Shown: piece by piece, positions 57,251 to 64,000 of the stretch | How the letters are laid out: the number at the start of each line of letters is the position of its first letter | Numbering within the stretch: the stretch's first letter is position 1 | From: Candidatus Altimarinota bacterium | Lineage (GTDB): Bacteria > Patescibacteriota > Gracilibacteria > UBA1369 > GCA-2718715 | Reading direction: 5' to 3' | DNA: 64,000 nucleotides | Assembly (NCBI GenBank): GCA_041242255.1 | Contig: JBESAV010000001.1 | Span: 416,001 to 480,000, forward strand | The notes under the pieces: model-generated | The model's database searches: none | What the model saw: the letters and a program-made list of their open reading frames with translations, nothing else | What the model was told of the DNA's origin: nothing | Position numbers and translations under genes: made by a program

Positions 57251-58560
57251 CGAAGTAAACCTTGTCTAATATCACTTACCAAACCTTCCACGTTTTCTAT
57301 ATATCCCTGGTTTCTGTCTGAGTTATCTATTCCAGACATTTCTCCCTCAAAGTGAGTCGCCAGACTCATAATTTCTGAGTATTCATCACCAGTGAAAAAG
57401 GTCATCACTTTTGTCGGATTAGCAAGGTTTGTTGGGATAACTTTTCCTCGGAACTCATCTCTATCACAAAGTTCTAATACTTTTTCTGATGTAGAGTTTC
57501 CACGTGCAATATTCATCCCAGCCCAGACTTGATTATCATTCAAAAAACCAGCTTTATTTAGTTTTGAAGCTAACTCCATATACTGGAAAGTACCAGTAAG
57601 ACGGTAGTTAATTTCCGCAGGAAAGGTTTCGTAGTTTTTAGTTATCATAAAATCACAACCAGCAGGTCCATAAGCTTCAGTGCTAGCACATAATTGAATA
57701 ATTTTTCGGATCATCCCATCCATAGCAGTCATACTCAAAAATGGTATATAAACATTCCCTAAGTGTACTGATGGAGGTGTATCAGGTGAATCACTTTCCA
57801 ATAATTGCATACTCAAAGTTGTGTTCGAAAAAGTACCATCAACATGTGTTTCATATATAACAGATGGGGAAGTACTAACATCAATCATCTTCTGTAACAC
57901 ATACCCATCTTCAGTATCACTTTCTTCCCAGTTCTCATAAAATTCTAAAAGTTCATAAGGATCTCCTAGCTTCATACCTTGTCCACTTGCCCCTCTCTTC
58001 TTTTTTAAAACACCTTTTTTAAACCTTTCAAAGTTTGAAGTATCATGTAAGAAATCCCAAAGATCTCCATTTAGTACGGCGGTATCTGGAAGATCAATTC
58101 CAATCTGTCTCATAAATGTAATAAACTCTACTTTGCAATTAAACCTTTCAGCCATTTCAAATGAGGCAACAGTAGATAATCCAGTTTTCCTAGCAATCTC
58201 ATCAATTGTTTGATGCTGAATAAAAGGATCAAGAATAGATCCTGCAAATCTTCTTTTAATAGCTCTTAGTGCCTCAGTATTCAAATTAAGCGACTCAGCT
58301 AGTGTTTGATCTTGAATCTGAGGTATGTACAAGAATTCATTTAATTCACCTAAAACTATTCCAAACTTATCTCTTAAAAATCCATGTAACAATCTAATAG
58401 GGTCTTCATATTCTTCTAGGGCAACCAGTATGTCGTTTGGGTTTAATCGTGTTATATGTCTCGGAGCATAGCTTGAAAGAGAAATACCACCATTACCAGA
58501 GTGTCCATTTAATATTTCTTTGTCTAAATCATAGACTCCAATTCTTCTTTGCAGTGTCAT
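57247..58560 (-). CDS. ATP-grasp fold protein (PGM1/peptide-ligase-like)
   Basis: VLKKKRGASGQG, VLQKMID..SPSV, HLGN, GPAGCDFM, EINYRLTG. Confidence 0.7.
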   Translation of the reverse strand: MTLQRRIGVYDLDKEILNGHSGNGGISLSSYAPRHITRLNPNDILVALEEYEDPIRLLHGFLRDKFGIVLGELNEFLYIPQIQDQTLAESLNLNTEALRAIKRRFAGSILDPFIQHQTIDEIARKTGLSTVASFEMAERFNCKVEFITFMRQIGIDLPDTAVLNGDLWDFLHDTSNFERFKKGVLKKKRGASGQGMKLGDPYELLEFYENWEESDTEDGYVLQKMIDVSTSPSVIYETHVDGTFSNTTLSMQLLESDSPDTPPSVHLGNVYIPFLSMTAMDGMIRKIIQLCASTEAYGPAGCDFMITKNYETFPAEINYRLTGTFQYMELASKLNKAGFLNDNQVWAGMNIARGNSTSEKVLELCDRDEFRGKVIPTNLANPTKVMTFFTGDEYSEIMSLATHFEGEMSGIDNSDRNQGYIENVEGLVSDIRQGLLR

Positions 58561-58623
58561 ATCAAAATTTTAAAAGCCAATTCAAAATATACACACAAGT
58601 TATATACGTCAAATCAAATCCTA

Positions 58624-59049
58624 TTACTCCTTCCAAATATTGATAACCTCAGCCCCTGTTTCCACATCAGAGTTTTCAGCCCCAACAAGATTTTCATAAA
58701 TCATAGGTACCTCAATCCTTAAACCATATTTTATTTCAACTCCCCAACATATCTCACTAAAGGGTTCATATACAAAATCATTATAAAAGTTTCTATCTAG
58801 AACCCTCACCACCATCACATCATATTCATGGCATATCATTCCAATAGCCTCCACTTTTTCACCTATTATTTCACCTGGATTTTCCTTACCCCAGCCATCT
58901 TCCATGAAATCCAAAATCATTCTACTCAAAGCAGGAATAAAGACAGCATACAAAAGGTCAAATTTACCTTCTTGTAAGCTAAGCTCTCTCAAGTTATTTA
59001 AATCTGCAAACACAACAGCAACTCTTTTTTCCATAATCGTGTTTAACAT
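58624..59049 (-). CDS. hypothetical protein
   Basis: 141-aa ORF; no motif recognised. Confidence 0.6.
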   Translation of the reverse strand: MLNTIMEKRVAVVFADLNNLRELSLQEGKFDLLYAVFIPALSRMILDFMEDGWGKENPGEIIGEKVEAIGMICHEYDVMVVRVLDRNFYNDFVYEPFSEICWGVEIKYGLRIEVPMIYENLVGAENSDVETGAEVINIWKE

Positions 59050-59092
59050 TATTTAATTTAACTATAATATAAACCTATATAAAACCAAACAA

Positions 59093-59539
59093 ATGGCCCT
59101 CAAACTAACTTCACCATCTTTCCAAAATAATGACGACATCCCAGTTCAATTCACCTGCCAAGGCGATGACATCAACCCAGAGCTTCAGATCCAAGGAGTT
59201 CCAGAAGATACAGAGAGCCTTCTTCTACTTGTAACAGACCCAGATGCTCCATCTAAAACTTGGCTACACTGGTGCATGTTCGATATCCACCCAGAAACCA
59301 ATCACATTCCAGAAAACTGCCCAGCCAACTACGCCAAACAAACCCATAACGATTTCGGAAACCCAGGTTATGGAGGACCATGCCCACCAAAGCACAAGCA
59401 TCAATATGTTTTCAGATTATATGCTCTAAAAAGCAAAATAGGCCTACACGAAGAGTCATCCTTAGCCGACATCCTATTTGCCATCGAAGATGAAGTTATC
59501 GAGAGTGCTGAGCTTGTAGGCTACTTCCAAAAGTCTTAA
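59093..59539 (+). CDS. YbhB/YbcL family PEBP (Raf kinase inhibitor-like)
   Basis: TDPDAP, WLHW, NDFG..GYGGPCPP, HQYVFRLYAL. Confidence 0.93.
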   Translation: MALKLTSPSFQNNDDIPVQFTCQGDDINPELQIQGVPEDTESLLLLVTDPDAPSKTWLHWCMFDIHPETNHIPENCPANYAKQTHNDFGNPGYGGPCPPKHKHQYVFRLYALKSKIGLHEESSLADILFAIEDEVIESAELVGYFQKS

Positions 59540-60237
59540 GTCTTCTTCAAAAGTCCTTTGAACTTCCCCAAAATATAGTAAACCATCCCTACACCAGCCA
59601 ATACCAAAAGTACTGTTAGTGCTTTATCATATTTTTCTAATATCTCACCACCAATAGTTACCCCAACCACAATCCAAGGCGTCACACCCAAAACTGTAGC
59701 AATCAAAAACTTTCCATATTTCATCCCTAAGGCTCCAGCCAAATATGAAATAGAATCAAACGAAGTTGCAGGGTTTAACCTAAGTAAAGTTAATTCCTTC
59801 ACACCTCCTCCTTTCATTTTTTCAATCAAGCTCAAGTATTTTTCATTCTTCACAAAAGCCCCTGCCACAAACTTACCTTGCCAATAGTTAAATGAGTTAC
59901 CGACAACATTACCAATGGAAATCAAAACAATTCCCCAAATACTCCCTGTCATAAGTCCAACCACTGGGTACATAGCCACTGCTGGAATTATCCCAATAAT
60001 TACTTCAACCAAAACTAGAACTAAAATAATCAACGAGGTTTGCCACAAAGCAAAATCCCTAAAGTAGTCCTGAATCACCTGAGCATCCCCCTGACTTACA
60101 ATGTACATCAAACCTCCAGAGTAGTAATTCCATATCAAAAATACAAATACACTCAAGATCCCAATTACATTCAGACTAGCCAACAATTTTTTACGCTTAG
60201 CAAAGCTTTTTTCCGAAATACTAGATACTCTATTCAC
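59536..60237 (-). CDS. TVP38/TMEM64 (DedA/VTT) membrane protein
   Basis: Multiple TM helices; LLRLNP..SFD.ISYLAG and FLIATVLG motifs. Confidence 0.85.
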   Translation of the reverse strand: MNRVSSISEKSFAKRKKLLASLNVIGILSVFVFLIWNYYSGGLMYIVSQGDAQVIQDYFRDFALWQTSLIILVLVLVEVIIGIIPAVAMYPVVGLMTGSIWGIVLISIGNVVGNSFNYWQGKFVAGAFVKNEKYLSLIEKMKGGGVKELTLLRLNPATSFDSISYLAGALGMKYGKFLIATVLGVTPWIVVGVTIGGEILEKYDKALTVLLVLAGVGMVYYILGKFKGLLKKT

Positions 60238-60298
60238 AGGTCAATTTTATTTTCAATTTCAACTGATATGATTATATCGTAATTATAACTCCAAAGCC

Positions 60299-61117
60299 AT
60301 GCGTCAATATCTTAGTTTAGTTGAAGAAGTTCTTGAGAACGGCGAACAAAAAGGGGATAGAACCGGTACCGGAACCATTTCAGTTTTTGGTATCCAAAGA
60401 AAATATGACCTCAGAGAAGGATTTCCTCTTCTAACCACCAAAAAAGTACTTTTCAGCGCAGTCATTCGTGAGCTACTTTGGTTCCTTAAAGGATCAACCA
60501 ATATCAACGACGACCTCACTCAACACACTCCAATCTGGGACGCATGGGCAGACGAAAAGGGAGAACTAGGTCCAGTCTACGGTCACCAATGGATCAAATG
60601 GCCAAAGTACACTTTAGTAAATCCAGAAACCAACGAATACAAAGTCGAACCAATCAACCAAATCCAAAACGCCATCGACACCATCAAAAACAACCCAAAC
60701 TCCAGAAGAATTATAGTATCAGCCTGGAACGTAGCTGACATCGAAAACATGAAGCTCCCACCCTGCCACGCCTTCTTTCAGTTCTACGTAGTCAATGGCC
60801 GCCTCGACCTCCAGCTTTACCAAAGAAGTGCCGATATTGCCCTTGGGGTTCCTTTCAATATTGCTAGTTACGCCGCTCTTCTAATGATGGTGGCCCAAGA
60901 GTGCAACCTAACTCCAGGGATATTCACACACACACTAGGTGACGCTCATATCTACAACAATCATGTAGAAGGACTTCAAAAACAACTCCAAAGAAAGCCT
61001 CACAAACTTCCAACTCTTGAAATCGCCAATAAGCCTTTCTGGGAGCTTAAATTTGAAGACTTCCAACTCAAAGACTATACCCACGACAAATTCATCAAAT
61101 TCAAAGTAGCCGTTTAA
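60299..61117 (+). CDS. thyA: thymidylate synthase
   Basis: [47 protein letters not shown]. Confidence 0.98.
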   Translation: MRQYLSLVEEVLENGEQKGDRTGTGTISVFGIQRKYDLREGFPLLTTKKVLFSAVIRELLWFLKGSTNINDDLTQHTPIWDAWADEKGELGPVYGHQWIKWPKYTLVNPETNEYKVEPINQIQNAIDTIKNNPNSRRIIVSAWNVADIENMKLPPCHAFFQFYVVNGRLDLQLYQRSADIALGVPFNIASYAALLMMVAQECNLTPGIFTHTLGDAHIYNNHVEGLQKQLQRKPHKLPTLEIANKPFWELKFEDFQLKDYTHDKFIKFKVAV

Positions 61118-61126
61118 CCAACCCAC

Positions 61127-61651
61127 ATGAAACCAATTCATCTTATAGCCGCCATCGACTCCAAAAGGGGACTGGGTAAAGATAACGATCTTGCCTGGCA
61201 TCTTCCTCCGGACATGAAACATTTCAAAGAAAAAACCACCTCCACTCAAGACCCTGACAAACAAAACGCTGTCATCATGGGGCGTAAAACCTGGGAATCA
61301 ATCCCAGAAAAATTCCGCCCACTTAAAGACCGCATAAACGTAGTTCTCTCCAAAACCTTATCCGAAACACCCACTGGAGCTCAAGTTTGCACAAGTTTAG
61401 AAGATGCCCTCCAAGACCTTAACCAAAACCCAAGCATTGAAACCGTTTTCATCATCGGTGGATCCAAACTCTACAACCAATCCTTAGATCAAGAAATCCC
61501 AGACAAAATCATCCTTACTCAACTCCAACAAGATTTTGACTGTGACGTGTTCCTAAATCCACTCCCAAAATCATACACTTTGACCAGCCAAACAGATCCA
61601 ATCTCACACGAGCAGATAACTTTCCAATACCAAGAATTCTCAAAAAACTAA
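61127..61651 (+). CDS. folA: dihydrofolate reductase
   Basis: LAWHLPPDMKHF, VIMGRKTWESI, RPLKDRINVVLS, IIGG. Confidence 0.95.
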   Translation: MKPIHLIAAIDSKRGLGKDNDLAWHLPPDMKHFKEKTTSTQDPDKQNAVIMGRKTWESIPEKFRPLKDRINVVLSKTLSETPTGAQVCTSLEDALQDLNQNPSIETVFIIGGSKLYNQSLDQEIPDKIILTQLQQDFDCDVFLNPLPKSYTLTSQTDPISHEQITFQYQEFSKN

Positions 61652-61732
61652 ACCAATACCAGTCAATCACTCACAGACTTTTAGATTGTATTTTAAACCA
61701 CTTAATGATATAAATTTACGCGACAGACAGTA

Positions 61733-61807
61733 GCCGGGGTAGCTCAGTGGTAGAGCAGAGGCCTGAAAAGCCTTGTGTCGGTGGTTCAATTCCGCCCCTC
61801 GGCACCA
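61733..61807 (+). tRNA. tRNA-Phe (GAA), CCA encoded
   Basis: GCCGGGG..TAGCTCAGTGGTAGAGCA, anticodon arm GAGGC-CTGAAAA-GCCTT, T arm GGTTCAATTCC, ends CCTCGGCACCA. Confidence 0.97.
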
Positions 61808-61863
61808 TTTGAAAATAGATCCCTCCCATGGGAGCTATTTTATTTTAATTCCAAAAAGACAAT

Positions 61864-62358
61864 TCACTTTTCAGCCTTCTCTTTCTCCTCCAAAACTTGT
61901 TTATACATCTCACTATACCTATCTACCAAAAAGCTAAGAATTCTTCGAGCTGAAAAAGTATCAATCACTAGCAGTGTATTTTCTATCAAAACTCTAGTAA
62001 TAACTGCCCTAGCCCTCACATTCTTAACTTGATCAAGCCATAACATAGCTTGTTCCAAAACTTGTTGATTTTCGTTACTCAAAAATGTCATACCTCCAAC
62101 TTCATCCTCCCATATCTCAAGCACTGTCAAAAGAATATTGTTTCTAAAATCGTTATCCTCTTCCCGCAAAATATCAATAATAACTTGCATTTTTTCTCTT
62201 CTAGTCAAAGATTCATCAGCAATCGAGTACTCCATACCTCCCAGTCCAAGAGCTTCACGGTCAAGATCATTTCGATCAAATTCACCAGTTCGTTTCTTTT
62301 CATCAATTACACTTGATTCCACATCTAACCCGATTCCAACTTTGAGTTTATCTGACAT
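61864..62358 (-). CDS. hypothetical protein
   Basis: 164-aa ORF with the E/V/L-rich composition typical of minus-strand genes here. Confidence 0.65.
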   Translation of the reverse strand: MSDKLKVGIGLDVESSVIDEKKRTGEFDRNDLDREALGLGGMEYSIADESLTRREKMQVIIDILREEDNDFRNNILLTVLEIWEDEVGGMTFLSNENQQVLEQAMLWLDQVKNVRARAVITRVLIENTLLVIDTFSARRILSFLVDRYSEMYKQVLEEKEKAEK

Positions 62359-62481
62359 CTATAATATTTAAACAATCCCACTCTAAAAAATTTTAAACAA
62401 TCAATCAAAGCCAAATCATATCAAACAAACATTTTCTAAAAGTAGTCAATTCATATATATTTAAGAAAATTAAAACAAAAT

Positions 62482-62727
62482 ATGAACAAGCAAAAAGAAC
62501 CAAAGAACATAGAATACCAAGACTTCATAAACTACCTCCACTCCCCAAAAAGACTCATGCTTACAAATTTACTAGCAGGAATCTTCCGAGGAATAGGAGG
62601 AGTGATAGGGGCCACTTTAGTCGTAGCAATCTTGATCTACTTACTAAACATCTTTGTTGATTTCCCACTAATCGGTGAATACTTCCAAGACTTAAAAGAG
62701 ATACTAGATCGAGCTACTCAAGCTTAG
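62482..62727 (+). CDS. DUF5665 family membrane protein
   Basis: SPKRLMLTNLLAGIFRGIGGVIGAT..PLIG. Confidence 0.8.
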   Translation: MNKQKEPKNIEYQDFINYLHSPKRLMLTNLLAGIFRGIGGVIGATLVVAILIYLLNIFVDFPLIGEYFQDLKEILDRATQA

Positions 62728-62963
62728 TTCCCAAAGTTAGACTCCAAGTACTCGATTATATCAGCTGATTCATACATAATCACATTGTTCGACTGATCTA
62801 CCAGCAAAGGCACTTGAGTTTTCCCACCAATCTTAAAACCCCATGAGCTTTCACCTTTATCAAACTTATGAGATCTAAAAATATAATCTAATCCCAACTC
62901 AGTCATCTTTTTCATAACCTTCAAGCAATAAGGACAATCCGGATTTGCATACAGTTCTAACAT
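62724..62963 (-). CDS. glutaredoxin / GST-N-like protein
   Basis: CPYC, GGKTQVPLLVD, MYESADII. Confidence 0.88.
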   Translation of the reverse strand: MLELYANPDCPYCLKVMKKMTELGLDYIFRSHKFDKGESSWGFKIGGKTQVPLLVDQSNNVIMYESADIIEYLESNFGN

Positions 62964-63005
62964 ATTTCAAATTAAATCTAACACCACAATCTTACACTGC
63001 TTGAA

Positions 63006-64000
63006 CTACAATGTCGTGTTGTTATTTCCTTCTCTTCTAATAGGCATAACACTCATATTTGCATACGTATTTACATATGCCTCACTTTGAATCATACCTT
63101 TTTTTAGTAATTTATAGCTCTCTCCAATCCTCTCAAAGCAGTAAGGTATAAGGCAAAAACCTTTGTCTTCTCTATCATAATATTTTTGAATCAACGATCC
63201 ATTTAGATCAGAATTATATGCTAAGACAAATACAAAGATACCTTTATCATTTTCGCACTGTATTTCTATATCTCCATTTATAATTTGAACATCAATCTTT
63301 TCAAAGTAACTAGAAATTATTTTTGTATACTCATCAGCAAGCCACTCTGATTTATCTCTTCCTATAAATAATCCAGCACTAATTCCTCGAAACAACTCTC
63401 TACCACTAGCGTATTGAATAAAATCAGTATATAACCTCCTAAAAGTAGCGTCCTGAGGTAGAGTCTCGTGTACTTTTTTTCCTCTAAGTTTATTATATAT
63501 AAAATTTGAACGCCTAATTATTTCTGCACCGTTTAAACCCTCTTCACTTAAATAACTTCTAATTTTTTTATAGAATTTTACAGTTTCTTCGGTTGAAGCA
63601 TAAATCTCAATACCTAGCACTTTCATAAATTCAACAACCTCCTTACTTGCCGGAGGCAAATAGATATACTCACCATATGTAATATTTTCAAACATAATAT
63701 TAATATCAATTTCAGTAGGTACCAGATCATCCAATGCCTCACTAACTTCAGTGTTCATACCAAGGTTTAAACCACCTTTTAGTGTATCCGTATTACCATT
63801 CCTAAAATCTCTTTCCCTTGGTCTAGGAGAATAAAATTCAAGTTTCAAATCAACCATTTTACCCTCCAATAGATTTGATAAGTCACTATCTCCAAGTCTC
63901 TCTAATGCACACTCCACCATCATCGAGGTTCTACTATTTCCAGTAATAACAGTAACCTTATCTGAAATCTTAACTGGTAATGACTCAAATCTTTTCTTGA
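63006..64000 (-). CDS. hypothetical protein, 5'-partial
   Basis: Frame stays open from 63923 to the window end (KKRFESLPVKISDKVTVITGNSRTS-MMVE). Confidence 0.65.
   Translation of the reverse strand, partial: KKRFESLPVKISDKVTVITGNSRTSMMVECALERLGDSDLSNLLEGKMVDLKLEFYSPRPRERDFRNGNTDTLKGGLNLGMNTEVSEALDDLVPTEIDINIMFENITYGEYIYLPPASKEVVEFMKVLGIEIYASTEETVKFYKKIRSYLSEEGLNGAEIIRRSNFIYNKLRGKKVHETLPQDATFRRLYTDFIQYASGRELFRGISAGLFIGRDKSEWLADEYTKIISSYFEKIDVQIINGDIEIQCENDKGIFVFVLAYNSDLNGSLIQKYYDREDKGFCLIPYCFERIGESYKLLKKGMIQSEAYVNTYANMSVMPIRREGNNNTTL

Noticed and set aside
61733-62358. tRNA-Phe as an integration site
   Set aside because: No duplicated tRNA 3' end or integrase was seen nearby in the window.
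1-64000. Genetic code 25 (UGA=Gly), CRISPR arrays, rRNA, IS elements
   Set aside because: Long conserved genes are uninterrupted in code 11 and several end at TGA at expected positions (rlmH, nrdR). I saw no regularly spaced repeats, rRNA or transposase.

Overview
This is a gene-dense, AT-rich bacterial chromosome segment that reads in genetic code 11 (TGA acts as a stop). It most resembles a Patescibacteria/CPR genome, perhaps Peregrinibacteria-like. That assignment is an inference from the scattered housekeeping genes, mostly SD-less starts, C-terminally short AlaRS, DUF4012/DUF5665/SLH proteins, PilB and DprA. Most content is housekeeping: xerC-like recombinase, nrdR, hisS, tsaD/tsaB, cca, rlmH, rlmD, ftsE, nusA, recA-recX, nadK, alaS, miaB, leuS, rsmI, trxA, ung, rnhA, ychF, thyA-folA and tRNA-Phe. 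The most notable region is about 36.9-46.5 kb. (1) A 1790-aa membrane-anchored alpha-2-macroglobulin has lost the CxEQ thioester motif (RLDQ instead) and carries a BIL-type Hint domain in its bait region, flanked by duplicated AEQGG/AEKGG; it is translationally coupled to a MEMO-fold lipoprotein. (2) A free-standing, roughly 460-nt highly structured RNA has its own promoter, terminator and a predicted kissing-loop interaction, and matches no family I recognise. (3) Two tandem orphan-gene cassettes share a promoter layout and a covarying leader hairpin. Other points are a perfect palindrome filling the recA promoter spacer, a degenerate HisRS, an amidase-SpoIID fusion and several unannotated small membrane ORFs. 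All calls come from reading the sequence by eye; no searches or folding programs were run.
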